A stretch of 64,000 bases of DNA from contig CAWHEP010000009.1 in assembly GCA_963828525.1 (NCBI GenBank), positions 224,001 to 288,000 of the forward strand. The letters run 5' to 3'. Below are positions 27,720 to 38,038 of the stretch, piece after piece. Positions within the stretch are counted from its first letter, which is position 1, and every line of letters begins with the position of its first letter. Origin of the DNA: an uncultured Verrucomicrobiae bacterium (GTDB taxonomy: Bacteria; Verrucomicrobiota; Verrucomicrobiia; Chthoniobacterales; Chthoniobacteraceae). Both the position numbers and the translations under genes were made by a program. Below the pieces are notes generated by a model that was not told the DNA's origin, searched no databases, and saw only the letters and a list, made by a program, of their open reading frames with translations.

Positions 27720-29921
27720 TCAGCGATTGTTTTTGCTCGCGGCTAATTCGACGGCGCCTCTGACGAACTCCGGCTCTTCCGATATATCAAGATTAAATCC
27801 ACTCGACTCCGGGAAAACAGCTGTCTCGTTCCCCATGAGATCGATCAGTGTGGCCTTGCTTCCTACCGTCTTCATCGGGATCTGTTTTTTCCCAGAAGAG
27901 GTCCAGGCCGCAAGGACATTCCCCGATTCGGTCGAGAACTCGTACAGATAAGCCTGGTCTCCAGCCGACAGGGCGCGGACAAAGCGCGCTTTGCGTAACA
28001 AGCGCGACATCGTGTTATAAGCAACGAAATCGGCTTTAGGAGCGCCGTTGGGAAGAATCTCGCCAAGCAGGTAATCCCAGTGGGTGGAACCCGCTTCTCC
28101 GCGATCCTGGAAGTTATATTTGAAGATTCTCTGAACATACGGGAGAGCGAGAGCGAGCAGGAAAGCGCGGGTATTCTGCGACGCAATCTGGTCAGAAGAG
28201 AGACCCCGATCCTGTGGAATGCATGCCATCTCGGTCAGCCAGACCTTAAGGTGGCCGCAGTGATCTCTGTCCAAGACCGTTTTCAGGTTCTCAAGGCGTC
28301 CAAGGAAAGTGTGTCCCGGATTCGGCAAACCCATTCCCGCGACCATGTTTGGCTTGGCGCTGGGAAGCTCTGGGGCAACGGTCTGGTAGAGATGCACAGA
28401 TATCGCATCCATGTATTTGGCCGCGCCAGAATCAAGCAGCTGGCTGAGGTATTTCAGATCGGCGCCCGCGCACACCCCGCCAACAATCATGGCATGCGGA
28501 TCGACAGCCTTAATGCCCGCAGACCCTGCCTTAAGGAGGGCCTCATACTCCGCCGGGTCGGGTTTTCTGCCGGGCCATCCCGGAGCGATGTTGGGCTCAT
28601 TCCAAATCTCCCATGAGTGGACACTGGAGCCCCAACTGCGAGCAGCCGCGGAAGCGAACCGCCCGAACGAACCAAGGGCCTGGATGCTGTGCGGAGCTTG
28701 CCTGTCATCATACGCCTGGTTAACTCCGTTTATATTAACGAGAAGCTGGAGATGCCGATTCGCCGCAGGCTCCACATAGAAGTAAGGATTCGTGGAGTCC
28801 ATTGGGATGGAAGGCTCCCCTCCTGGCTTTTCGGCCCAAAAGATTTCGTCCCGAATCCAACTCGCGCCCATCTTTCTGACCAGATCGAGGGCGCCCCCTG
28901 CTCCCCCAAGGGTCTGGTGTTTGCCGGAGGGCCCTTCCGCAAAATGCATCTGCACGCCAAAAGGGCTTTCAGGCCAAGGCTCGGCAGCCTCCGCCACCCA
29001 GGCGAAAGGCGCGCGCACTTTCTTCGTAGCGGTATCGGCTGCAAGGAAAAATACGCCATAGGCGGGAGGCGTGATGTCGATCTCGGCGCGGAACGGTGTT
29101 CCAGCCCGCGCGACGGTGGCGCTCTTGAAAATCTCGCGGAGCGGCTTTCCGTGATAATCCAACAAGTTTATCGACGGAATGTCGAACGACCCAGAACTTC
29201 CCGAGACAACCAGGGTTGCTGTGGCAGGGGCGTCACTTTTACCCCAGTAGTACATCGGCTTTCTCGGAAGTTCGAAGGATATGTCCGGCTCCTGCTTCGG
29301 TTCAATGGCCACGCCAGAAGTTGCGCGCGCCGTGACGGCGGAGAGCGACAGACTGCCGTGCTTTGAAGCATCGACAACAGAATCCCGCTCCACCAGGAAA
29401 GAGATCGACAATGCCGGGCCATGCCAAATGCCGTCGTCGGCTCCGAACCAGTGCTGGGGAGAAGCCAGATTCGTCACGACGAATTTGTTCCAGCCTCTGC
29501 GGGAGGTCAGCGCGAAACGCTGTTGATGCATCTGTCCTGTCGAATCAATGATCCGGACGCCGAACTGTTTGAGATTATCCGCCTTCAGCCAAAAAGAAAA
29601 CTGCTTCACGTCCAGCGGCGCGGACAGCCGCCTGTCCACAGAGACATACTTGCCACCGCCGATGAAGTCCGCCGTCAGAACCAGGGAAGGATCGCGCGAG
29701 GGCGCGTCCTCATTCCGTTCTTCCAGGATCCCGCGAGCTCCCGCGAATTCCTTTCCGAGGTTCAACTTCCACCCTTCCGCGCCTTGCGCGGATGAGCCGA
29801 GCGCGATCTCAGACGTTTGCGCAAATAGGGGGGCGAAAGCACAGGCCAGCGCGATAAACGTGCCTATGGCGGCGAGACGAACAGACAACCCGATACCGCA
29901 TGAAAAGCGCGCTCTCGTCAT
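27720..29921 (-). CDS. Secreted clan GH-A glycoside hydrolase (GH39/GH5-like) with an N-terminal carbohydrate-binding domain
   Basis: Signal peptide, SPFGVQMHF, WIRDE, WEIWNEPN (acid/base), SVHLY, VWLTEM (nucleophile). Confidence 0.85.
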   Translation of the reverse strand: MTRARFSCGIGLSVRLAAIGTFIALACAFAPLFAQTSEIALGSSAQGAEGWKLNLGKEFAGARGILEERNEDAPSRDPSLVLTADFIGGGKYVSVDRRLSAPLDVKQFSFWLKADNLKQFGVRIIDSTGQMHQQRFALTSRRGWNKFVVTNLASPQHWFGADDGIWHGPALSISFLVERDSVVDASKHGSLSLSAVTARATSGVAIEPKQEPDISFELPRKPMYYWGKSDAPATATLVVSGSSGSFDIPSINLLDYHGKPLREIFKSATVARAGTPFRAEIDITPPAYGVFFLAADTATKKVRAPFAWVAEAAEPWPESPFGVQMHFAEGPSGKHQTLGGAGGALDLVRKMGASWIRDEIFWAEKPGGEPSIPMDSTNPYFYVEPAANRHLQLLVNINGVNQAYDDRQAPHSIQALGSFGRFASAAARSWGSSVHSWEIWNEPNIAPGWPGRKPDPAEYEALLKAGSAGIKAVDPHAMIVGGVCAGADLKYLSQLLDSGAAKYMDAISVHLYQTVAPELPSAKPNMVAGMGLPNPGHTFLGRLENLKTVLDRDHCGHLKVWLTEMACIPQDRGLSSDQIASQNTRAFLLALALPYVQRIFKYNFQDRGEAGSTHWDYLLGEILPNGAPKADFVAYNTMSRLLRKARFVRALSAGDQAYLYEFSTESGNVLAAWTSSGKKQIPMKTVGSKATLIDLMGNETAVFPESSGFNLDISEEPEFVRGAVELAASKNNR

Positions 29922-31057
29922 AGGAGGGCCCGATTCGGGACATTGGCGTCCATGCCTAGCGCATTGAGAAACCGCGCCGCTGTCGCGACGGGGCTATAAT
30001 TCTCGCGCGCCCATTCTCTTCCAGATACTGAAATGTTTTCCAGCAACATCGGCTCGGCACTGATTCGTTCGACAGCGTCATCAACATGATCGAGGTCAAT
30101 GCCGATGTAATGCTTCCAATTTTGGGGCATCACCGGCATGCGGGCTCCATATTTGTCGAAATCGACATGAAACGTTACGCAGCCAGCGGAGAGAGCCTCC
30201 CAGAATCTCCAACTGTCCCACTGCAAAACTTGTGTGGGACGCATACCAATGGCGCTTAACAGAGGATCGAGCCTGCGGGTCAATCGCTCTCCCCATTTCG
30301 CGGCGGCAGGGCCCGAGTCAAATAATGGAGGAACGAAAAAGCCCCCGAAAGCAGCGCACGCGACCAATTGTTTTAGCGTCTGATAGTACGATGGGTAATG
30401 CCGCCGGCCCGTTTGACGCCACTGCAGATGATCATCAGCTCCTTGGGGGATCGCGCCGAAAGCGTCGGCTTTTTCATCCAGCGGCAACAATGCCCTGAAT
30501 CGTTGTTGAAGTTCGAGCTTTGCCACGTCTCGAACGGCATGATGCACACGGAAATTAAACAACATCGCCCTGCGGCGCTCGCGGAACGGCGGAATGCGCT
30601 CAGTCTGCTCCATTATGCGATTTGACAGGCCAAACGGCCACGGCCTGCAGTTGGACGGATAGGGCCAATCCTTGTTGTAGTGAGCTTTGAAAATGATATC
30701 GAACTGGCGCATCTCGGGCCGCCAACTATCCGTAAACGACCCATCAAGGTGATCAACAAAGACGGTTCGATATGTTCTTCCGGTTTTGAAAAGCTCCCGT
30801 GGCAGCGTGTCATTATGCTCAAGCCACTCTTGATTCAGAACAATAATGGAACAGTCGCCGGGAGAGACTGAGGGGTCATGATTGAAGAGGTGCTGATCGC
30901 TGCTCGCCGAAAGCCTCCAATAGTCGGTATTGGAAAAAAAGGGGATGCCCAAAGCTCGGAGGCCCTCCGCCAGGCAGACAGCGCAATGCTGAAATGCCGA
31001 ATTTTCCGGCGGACCGGCAGGAACGCAATAGAAGTAGACGCTGCAAGGATCAGCCAT
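29918..31057 (-). CDS. Putative glycosyltransferase (exostosin/GT47-like C-terminus)
   Basis: QWDSWRFWEALSAGCV...WKHYIGID...ISVSGREWARENYSP; lies inside the EPS operon. Confidence 0.65.
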   Translation of the reverse strand: MADPCSVYFYCVPAGPPENSAFQHCAVCLAEGLRALGIPFFSNTDYWRLSASSDQHLFNHDPSVSPGDCSIIVLNQEWLEHNDTLPRELFKTGRTYRTVFVDHLDGSFTDSWRPEMRQFDIIFKAHYNKDWPYPSNCRPWPFGLSNRIMEQTERIPPFRERRRAMLFNFRVHHAVRDVAKLELQQRFRALLPLDEKADAFGAIPQGADDHLQWRQTGRRHYPSYYQTLKQLVACAAFGGFFVPPLFDSGPAAAKWGERLTRRLDPLLSAIGMRPTQVLQWDSWRFWEALSAGCVTFHVDFDKYGARMPVMPQNWKHYIGIDLDHVDDAVERISAEPMLLENISVSGREWARENYSPVATAARFLNALGMDANVPNRALL

Positions 31058-32246
31058 TTGCAAAAGAGGCGCGGGGATCAATGACCTCACTGGTCGAGAC
31101 ATTGGTCAAACTGCTGTAAAGGGCCTCGGTTCGGCGGACAGTGTTTTCAAGAGTGAAGTGCTGAAGAACATGTTCCCTTCCGCGTCTTCCCATTGTCCTC
31201 CGCAGCAACGGATCGGTGATGAGAGAAGAAAGCGCATTGCAGATCTGCTCCTTATCCGGATCGCACAGGAGACCCGTTGTACCGTCCTGCACGAGATCTA
31301 CCAGACCTGACACCCGCGTGGCCACAACCGGGAGTTCCATCGCCATCGCGTCAGCGACTACATATCCGAAAGACTCGTATTGTGAAAGAAGGCAGAAAAT
31401 GTCCGCTTCCGCGATTCGGTCCTCCGCATCGCTGACCCAGCCTGTGACTTCAACCTTTTCAGCACCCGGTTCCTCTTTGATGAACCGCCTCACCTCTTCC
31501 GCTTCTTGGTCTGTATCGAACGAGCCGATCCATTGAAAGCGAACCTCTGGATGCCTGGCCATCACCTCGATGGCAGTCTTGAAAAACAGCAAACCATTCT
31601 TTTGCTGCGATATCCTGCCACAGGTGGCGATCAGAATGGAGGCGCCCTGTCGCGCGGCGCGATCCGGGTAGCGGTATTCTGATCTGATATTTAGAGGTAT
31701 CCCCGCGATTCTTTTCTGGGGAACGATCCGCCAGCGAAGAAAATCCGCTGCCTCGCTGGGAGAAGCGGCGACGAGGCAGTCCGTCAGATACCCAGCCACT
31801 TTTTCGATAAACCAGTAGAGGCGGGAATAAATACAGGCCATCGCATTAGGGGTGTAAACGGTGCGAGCGTGACTGGGCACAAGACGTGCCGCTGTCCTCG
31901 CGATGAAACCCGCTTTGGAGCTATGACCATGCACAATGGCAGGCTTGAAGTCGAGTATGATCCGACAAACCTTAAGCAGCGCGCTAAAATCCTGCCATGG
32001 TCTGATGCTCCTTGTCATGGGCACCTCCCAGCATTGCACACCCCGCGCTCGCAACAGCTTAATCTCGTCCTGAAACGTCGCGTCCTGGCGCGCGAGTGAG
32101 TATACAAATCCGAGTTCAAAACGGGCGAGATCGATGTGCATCAACATGTCGATGACGTGCCTCTTCACTCCCGCGAAACCGGGTTCGGATACCAGCAGTA
32201 CCCTAACGCGCCGTAATGGTTGCTCGGCTGTCGTTTGGGAGCTCAT
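31050..32246 (-). CDS. Glycosyltransferase family 4
   Basis: HGHSSKAG, GRISQQKN, ESFGYVVADAMAMELPVVAT. Confidence 0.93.
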   Translation of the reverse strand: MSSQTTAEQPLRRVRVLLVSEPGFAGVKRHVIDMLMHIDLARFELGFVYSLARQDATFQDEIKLLRARGVQCWEVPMTRSIRPWQDFSALLKVCRIILDFKPAIVHGHSSKAGFIARTAARLVPSHARTVYTPNAMACIYSRLYWFIEKVAGYLTDCLVAASPSEAADFLRWRIVPQKRIAGIPLNIRSEYRYPDRAARQGASILIATCGRISQQKNGLLFFKTAIEVMARHPEVRFQWIGSFDTDQEAEEVRRFIKEEPGAEKVEVTGWVSDAEDRIAEADIFCLLSQYESFGYVVADAMAMELPVVATRVSGLVDLVQDGTTGLLCDPDKEQICNALSSLITDPLLRRTMGRRGREHVLQHFTLENTVRRTEALYSSLTNVSTSEVIDPRASFANG

Positions 32247-33450
32247 GTTGGGAAGGTTTCTCGGCGCCGAGCCACATTTCGGTCTTGTTCCGCAGATAAC
32301 GATAAAAAGCGCGCCGGCGTTCCGCCAGCACCGGAGCGATATAACCGCGCGCTATCCGGAGATTACGGGCGGACATCTCCGTCATGCGCGGGCGATCTGA
32401 AACCACCTTCTCGATGCGCGACGCCAGACCCTCGGGGTCGTTGGGTGAGACCATCTCCTCGGGGAGCAGAAGTTCGGGAATACCGCCCACGGTCGAACCA
32501 ATGCACGGAAGACCACGCGCCATCGCCTCAATCATCGCCCGGGGCACGCCTTCCTGCCGGGAGGGTAGAACGAAGAGGTCGGCAGAATCCAAAGCGTCAT
32601 AGACCTCCTGGCCTGTTTTCCTCTGACCAAGGAACTTAACCTTATCCTCAAGGCCGAGAGAATGGGCGAGAGATCGCATCTCCTCCAGATGCAGACCGCT
32701 CCCTAGAAATGAAAGCGTCAGGCGGCAACCCCGATCAATACATAACTTCAGGGCCTTCAAAGTGACGTCCGGCGCCTTACTCAAATGCGTGAACGCTCCG
32801 ACAGAGATAATGTGAAGCGCGTTCTCTCCCACTTCAAAGGCGCGGGGTTGAGCCACGACCGCGGATGGGGCGAGGTCAATACTCGAGTAGTTGGTGGTGA
32901 ACGCGGCGCCTCCGGGCCGGTATCGCCGTTGAAGGGCTTCACGAGTGACATAGGAGGCCGCGCAGGCTCCGGCGACCTCTTTGCGCAAGCGACGGCTGAA
33001 AAGTTGCCGGAAGAAGGGGCGGAGAGGGTGAGGGTGCGCGCCCGGGGAAAAAGTATCATAAGGGTCGGCAATGACCTCAACGCCGTAAGGCCTCGACGCA
33101 GCCTTGCGACCCAGCACAGTGCTTCCCATCGAACAGGGAAGCCGGAAGCACAACGCCTCACGCTCTCGGAGAGCGCTGTCAATGACGCGCCGAAGAGGCA
33201 AAAACACACGCAGATATTCGCGGGGCCCCTGATAATAGGGAAGAGGAACAGGGATGACCCCCAGACCGCTCGCGAGGGCATAGCCTGGCGGAGGGACATC
33301 GCGTGGTTCGGCTCTAGCCAGCAGGCGCACGGAGTCAAAGACGTCCAGGTAGCGGGTGTAAAACGCGTAGTGATCGCTAGGTAGAGCCGCCCATAATCTC
33401 CCGTCGGGGGTGATCGCAAACCTGCCAACACTATTTATAAGAATATTCAT
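32203..33450 (-). CDS. Glycosyltransferase family 4
   Basis: DLFVLPSRQEGVPRAMIEAMARGLPCIGSTVGGIPE. Confidence 0.93.
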   Translation of the reverse strand: MNILINSVGRFAITPDGRLWAALPSDHYAFYTRYLDVFDSVRLLARAEPRDVPPPGYALASGLGVIPVPLPYYQGPREYLRVFLPLRRVIDSALREREALCFRLPCSMGSTVLGRKAASRPYGVEVIADPYDTFSPGAHPHPLRPFFRQLFSRRLRKEVAGACAASYVTREALQRRYRPGGAAFTTNYSSIDLAPSAVVAQPRAFEVGENALHIISVGAFTHLSKAPDVTLKALKLCIDRGCRLTLSFLGSGLHLEEMRSLAHSLGLEDKVKFLGQRKTGQEVYDALDSADLFVLPSRQEGVPRAMIEAMARGLPCIGSTVGGIPELLLPEEMVSPNDPEGLASRIEKVVSDRPRMTEMSARNLRIARGYIAPVLAERRRAFYRYLRNKTEMWLGAEKPSQHELPNDSRATITAR

Positions 33451-34301
33451 TATTCGGACTGGGCGATATCCATTCGCCCGGCTCCAGCTATAAGGTCATT
33501 GCTTCGTCTAAAACCCGCCGCCCGGATGCGCTGCGCGTATCTTGGAAGGTTGAGCAGCCTGAAACGGAGGCGAGCAAAATAAAGGCGGGCAGTTGAGATA
33601 TCTTCCAGAGGGAGGTGCCGCAGGATGTTTTGCCGCTCCGCAAGCCGCGCGGGGACATCGCCGGAAAGCTGCCCCGTCCGGATGCGGAACTGCGCGACTT
33701 CGCGCGGAAAATACCTGAACTCGTAGCCAGCCGCGATGGCCCTGACCCAAAAATCAAGATCACCACACAAGCGAAGAGAGAAATCAAAGCCTCGCAACCG
33801 CTCCACGACTTCCCGACTCGCGAGGGCGCCCTGCTGGGTAAACAAGCTAATTCCCTGCCGAAGCAGCGCGGGGAAATACGAGCTGGAACTTTCCACTGTT
33901 TGCAAGCCAAGCGACACGCCATCCTCGCGGATGTTGCGCACGTCGCCATAGGCAATGACCTTCTCGTTACCGGGGCGACAATGCTTCTGGCATACCGTCG
34001 CGAAGTCCGGCATCAGAAGATCATCATCGTTGATGTAGGTAAACCAATCCCAGTCGGCGCGGAGGAACAGACCCTGGTTGAGCGCGCCATACATTCCCCC
34101 TTCGCGTCCGGCATCAGGGATAACCTGGCAGGCCGGAAAGCGGGCGGATAGCAGAGAAACCGATTTCGCCGGAGCGACAATGACGTGCAAGACGTTTAGG
34201 TCAGACGGCAACTTACGGACGGAGTCAACGCTTGCGTCCAGAAACGGGGAGTCACCCAGCGTAGGTGTTATAATTAACAGGCGGCTGTTTAGCGCAGTCA
34301 T
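33450..34301 (-). CDS. Glycosyltransferase family 2
   Basis: IITPT, GMYGALNQG, YINDDD, GFD...CGDLDFWVR. Confidence 0.88.
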   Translation of the reverse strand: MTALNSRLLIITPTLGDSPFLDASVDSVRKLPSDLNVLHVIVAPAKSVSLLSARFPACQVIPDAGREGGMYGALNQGLFLRADWDWFTYINDDDLLMPDFATVCQKHCRPGNEKVIAYGDVRNIREDGVSLGLQTVESSSSYFPALLRQGISLFTQQGALASREVVERLRGFDFSLRLCGDLDFWVRAIAAGYEFRYFPREVAQFRIRTGQLSGDVPARLAERQNILRHLPLEDISTARLYFARLRFRLLNLPRYAQRIRAAGFRRSNDLIAGAGRMDIAQSE

Positions 34302-34305
34302 CCGA

Positions 34306-35361
34306 TCAGCCTATCTGCCGAAGAACGCGGATGTTCTTCTCTGGTTCAGGATTCGTGTTTCCGCGTATCGATCCCCCTCCGCCGGCGGGAGCGGGCCTGC
34401 TCCGGGCGACAAATTCTTGAGCGCGCCCAAGAGCGAGGCGCGCAAACCTGAATCGCCCTGTCTGGAAACACGCGCGGCTGAACTGAGTCCAGCGAGACAT
34501 GTTGTTGAAGCTGATCAACCCAAGGACAAGGTGCGCGATGAAACGCGACGCCGCCCTGCAGAGCTGAAGCGCCAGCGAAAGGTGAAGACGCTCGCCCGCT
34601 TCATAGGCCAATCTCAACATTAAGTCCTCGCCACCCTGCCTTGAACGAAGGTCCAGCAGGTACGACAATCGCATTCTACTTTCTGGAACTACATGCTCGA
34701 AACAGAGCTCCGGCAGGTACCAAATCTCCCAACCACTGTTCACCAGCTTGATGCAAAGCTCGGCGTCTTCCCCGCCAAACTTGGACTCAGGACTGCGGCC
34801 CGGCATCATCCAGACTTCGCCGATCAAGGCGGTCGCCGCCGTCCGGCGGACAAACATCCCGGCGGTGAACTTCCGGCTCAGGCCAATGTTGCATCGATGC
34901 TGTCCCCCATCCCAGATCGCCAAGGAGGACGCAAAGCCTGCGAAATGAGACGGAACCTTCCGCATAGGCTTCGCTATGCTCTTGCCGCCAAAAGCCCCTG
35001 CCTTCGGGGCACTGTGGGCAAAAGCCAATCCGACCTGGATGTAGTCACGGGCGAGGATATTGTCATCATCGACAAAGCACAGCCATTCTCCAAGAGACTG
35101 CTCAATCGCGCGCTTTCGGGCGGCGCTTTGACCAGGGACTTCCTCCCTGACCATCCGGCATTGCAACGCGGAATGAGCCTCGGCGAAGGCTTGGAAGATA
35201 ATCGGGGTGCTGTCAGTGCTCGCGTTGTCAACCAGCAGAATTTCCCATGTCGCGCGATTCTCCCCTTCCTGGAGCGCGAGAGCGTCCAGAGTCGCGGGGA
35301 GGTACCGTTCCCCGTTGTAGCAGCAGATGGCGATTGTCAGGTCGATTTTACCAGTGCTCAT
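34306..35361 (-). CDS. Glycosyltransferase family 2
   Basis: IAICCYN, LVDNASTD, CFVDDD, GGEDAEL. Start at ATG 35361 overlaps the upstream stop. Confidence 0.92.
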   Translation of the reverse strand: MSTGKIDLTIAICCYNGERYLPATLDALALQEGENRATWEILLVDNASTDSTPIIFQAFAEAHSALQCRMVREEVPGQSAARKRAIEQSLGEWLCFVDDDNILARDYIQVGLAFAHSAPKAGAFGGKSIAKPMRKVPSHFAGFASSLAIWDGGQHRCNIGLSRKFTAGMFVRRTAATALIGEVWMMPGRSPESKFGGEDAELCIKLVNSGWEIWYLPELCFEHVVPESRMRLSYLLDLRSRQGGEDLMLRLAYEAGERLHLSLALQLCRAASRFIAHLVLGLISFNNMSRWTQFSRACFQTGRFRFARLALGRAQEFVARSRPAPAGGGGSIRGNTNPEPEKNIRVLRQIG

Positions 35362-36656
35362 CAGGTCACAGCGGCGAGTGGAAGCATCTCGGCGAGGCGC
35401 GCTTCGAAGCAAGCGACGGAATGGTCGGAGGTGTAACGCGCCCACCCCTCTTCCCGCTCCTGGCTACGCGCCCCGGTCTTCAATTCCTCACGAAGGACGC
35501 GAAGGGCGGAAAGGGAATCAGCCACGTCATCCTGAAGAACCACCGCTCCAAGCGAATATTTCCGCGCGCGCTCTTCCATGCAAAAACCCTGGCTTACGAT
35601 GATGGGCTTACGGAAACGCGCCGCTTTGGCGAGAAGGTTACTGCTATGGCGGAAATTATGATATGCCGCGTATACTATGTCCCCCGCGGCGATGAGTTGA
35701 TCGAACTCGCTATCACTCTCAATCCTCTCAGGATGCTGGAACGTGTTACCCAAGGGGCTGGAGGAAGCCTCCTCCCACATTCGCAGTTCCTCCGCATCGA
35801 ACGTGGATACAGCCAGGCTGCCCGCGAAGACAAAGAAAAATTCTGCCGCATCCTCTCTTCGCGAAAGCCGCAACAGCGTCGAAATCCCCTTTCGCTTTTC
35901 AAGGGAACCAGCTGCAACGACAATCGTACGACCCGCGGCGCGATCTCGGATGCCAGAAATCCATCCCGTGATCGGGGACTCTTCAGCGGGAATGACAAAA
36001 TCCGGCAGGACCGAAACCGGCTTCGACTTCATGTAACGCCGCATCTTATCGGCCACTCCCTCGTCGAGTATGGCAACGCCGCGGCAGTTGGTGGCATGGA
36101 GGGAGAAGTCAGCCCTCCGAAATGGCTGCCGTTCGGCGCCCGGACCTGCGCGTTCATAGCGCGGATGGAAATAAAGCCCCACCCAGGGAAATGGAAAGAG
36201 ACCATCAACGAGAGAAGGAGTGAGGCCGACTCCAAGCAAACTATCGAACATGGCGAAGAAGACCAGATCCGGAGAGCATCCGGCGTTCCTTATCGCTTTG
36301 GCAGCGGCGCGCCACCTGAAGAACGCTTCCGCCGAAGAGCGCACCTGCTTCGGACGGAGATCCGGGAATACCGCCTGCGCCAGCGCTCCGCTCCTAAAGC
36401 GAGAGGCCATTGCTGGAGGCAGAGCGTGGATCTGCGATTTCATCCACTCGGGATCAGGACAGAAGCAATAAACCTGAAAGCCCGCTCGCAGCAAGCTGAC
36501 GGCGAACTGCACCAGCCAGCCAGCATGGTGACCGCTCATAAGGAACTCAATGAGGACGATGGTTTTTGCCGGAACTTGCGACGCGGCAGTCGCTTCATCA
36601 GGCGAGGGGGATCCCTCCAGAACCCAATCCTCCTCAGTAGCCAGGCTCAACGACAA
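35361..36656 (-). CDS. Putative glycosyltransferase (GT-B fold)
   Basis: SGHH N-terminal motif, GSLEKRKG, YAAY...SSNLLAKAARFRKPIIVS; lies inside the EPS operon. Confidence 0.78.
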   Translation of the reverse strand: MSLSLATEEDWVLEGSPSPDEATAASQVPAKTIVLIEFLMSGHHAGWLVQFAVSLLRAGFQVYCFCPDPEWMKSQIHALPPAMASRFRSGALAQAVFPDLRPKQVRSSAEAFFRWRAAAKAIRNAGCSPDLVFFAMFDSLLGVGLTPSLVDGLFPFPWVGLYFHPRYERAGPGAERQPFRRADFSLHATNCRGVAILDEGVADKMRRYMKSKPVSVLPDFVIPAEESPITGWISGIRDRAAGRTIVVAAGSLEKRKGISTLLRLSRREDAAEFFFVFAGSLAVSTFDAEELRMWEEASSSPLGNTFQHPERIESDSEFDQLIAAGDIVYAAYHNFRHSSNLLAKAARFRKPIIVSQGFCMEERARKYSLGAVVLQDDVADSLSALRVLREELKTGARSQEREEGWARYTSDHSVACFEARLAEMLPLAAVT

Positions 36657-38038
36657 ACCCTCGTCAGTCCATTACTAGACACCTCTGCAAACACCCCTAT
36701 CAGAAGCCCGAGTCCAATGAAGCTGTATGTCCCGTAGCCTCCGCTGATGGCAAGGAGGAGCGCCCATCCGAGAATGCCCGGCAAGGTGACCAACACCGCT
36801 GTCCTTCTATTTATCGACATTGACCTCGGGGCAAAGATGGCCCGGATCAATTTCAGTGGCAGAAAGACATATAAGTAAACAGTAATGGCGACAAAAGGCA
36901 GGACGCCAAACTTGAACAAGAACGTAAAAATACCGATGTGAGTTCCGATGGCGGTATAGTTAAAGATCGACTCGATGGTAAAACCCAGGCCACCGCCGAT
37001 AATCGCGCGAAACAAGCCTAGTTGGTTCAACCCATCGGAAAGCTCCACGAAACGATCCAGGCCACTGTCGATGTCGCTAGAGTTCGTCAGACGATCGGCA
37101 AGAACGGTGCTGCTGCTGAACGCAAGACCGAGGAACGTGGCGACAACGAGCAAACCCATGGCGAGAAGAAGTCCCGCCACCCATGGCGCCGCCCCGCCCA
37201 CACGCCGGGAAATCTTCTCCTTGTCGCGCGTGAAGAGCAGACTTGGCGCGGCAAGAGCGCATACCAGCAACAAAGCAATGGCAAGGCTGCGAGTAGCTCC
37301 GACAATAACGGCAGAGTAGAAGAAAATAAGAAGCGCCGCCATGGAACACGTGAAGTAGAACGCATTCTTCAGGGTGCAAAGGCAAACGATCAGTCCAAGG
37401 AGCGGCACCATCATGCCTGAATAGCTAAAAACATTCAGGTCCCAAAGTCGCTCGCCACCAAGGTAAGCGTCGTTGCTCATGCTGTTCTTCCCGCCCTCGG
37501 CGCTAAGATAAAGAACCAAGCCGGAAATCAGGCAGATCATCAAAAGGTGGAAGCTAGGCCTGCGGAAGGTGATAAGAACGTGGAATAAAGCAAGTCCTCC
37601 AAGACCCCATCCCCAAACCCGGAGGTCCTCGCGAACCCAGTTGAGTTCGTTCCCAAAGACTATGCCTAAGAATGTGTAGGCAATAAGCAGCCCGATGGAG
37701 AAACGTCCGAACTTGCTCTTAAGGGCCTGGCGCAATCCCGGACTTGTGAGCATCGCGAAACCCAGGATCAACGCGAGGCCAATGTCCTTCGGCGCGACAC
37801 CCATGATTGTTACGACCTCCGCTTGATCCACGCTTTTTTGATTGCCAATGTTAAAACAATCGCCACCTACAAAAAGCAGGAGGGTGCAATAGAAAACGAA
37901 CACACCCACCAAGGAGACGAGGAGCGGCTGCCCTTTGGCGCGGCGTCCCTGTTGACCCCCTCGGAAGGAAGCAGACGGCGCGGCAATCACCTGCGCCTGA
38001 TTGTGCGCGACGGCCGTCACGTCACGCCGCCTTTCCAA
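36647..38038 (-). CDS. Wzy-like polysaccharide polymerase / O-antigen ligase family membrane protein
   Basis: About 11 hydrophobic helices, GATRS, and a periplasmic loop with SGLDRFVE...IIGGGLG...THIG. Confidence 0.72.
   Translation of the reverse strand: MERRRDVTAVAHNQAQVIAAPSASFRGGQQGRRAKGQPLLVSLVGVFVFYCTLLLFVGGDCFNIGNQKSVDQAEVVTIMGVAPKDIGLALILGFAMLTSPGLRQALKSKFGRFSIGLLIAYTFLGIVFGNELNWVREDLRVWGWGLGGLALFHVLITFRRPSFHLLMICLISGLVLYLSAEGGKNSMSNDAYLGGERLWDLNVFSYSGMMVPLLGLIVCLCTLKNAFYFTCSMAALLIFFYSAVIVGATRSLAIALLLVCALAAPSLLFTRDKEKISRRVGGAAPWVAGLLLAMGLLVVATFLGLAFSSSTVLADRLTNSSDIDSGLDRFVELSDGLNQLGLFRAIIGGGLGFTIESIFNYTAIGTHIGIFTFLFKFGVLPFVAITVYLYVFLPLKLIRAIFAPRSMSINRRTAVLVTLPGILGWALLLAISGGYGTYSFIGLGLLIGVFAEVSSNGLTRVCR

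Noticed and set aside
35247..36737. 496-aa plus-strand ORF and many other long overlapping ORFs
   Set aside because: These are antisense shadows of motif-bearing genes in GC-rich DNA, with no recognisable domains.
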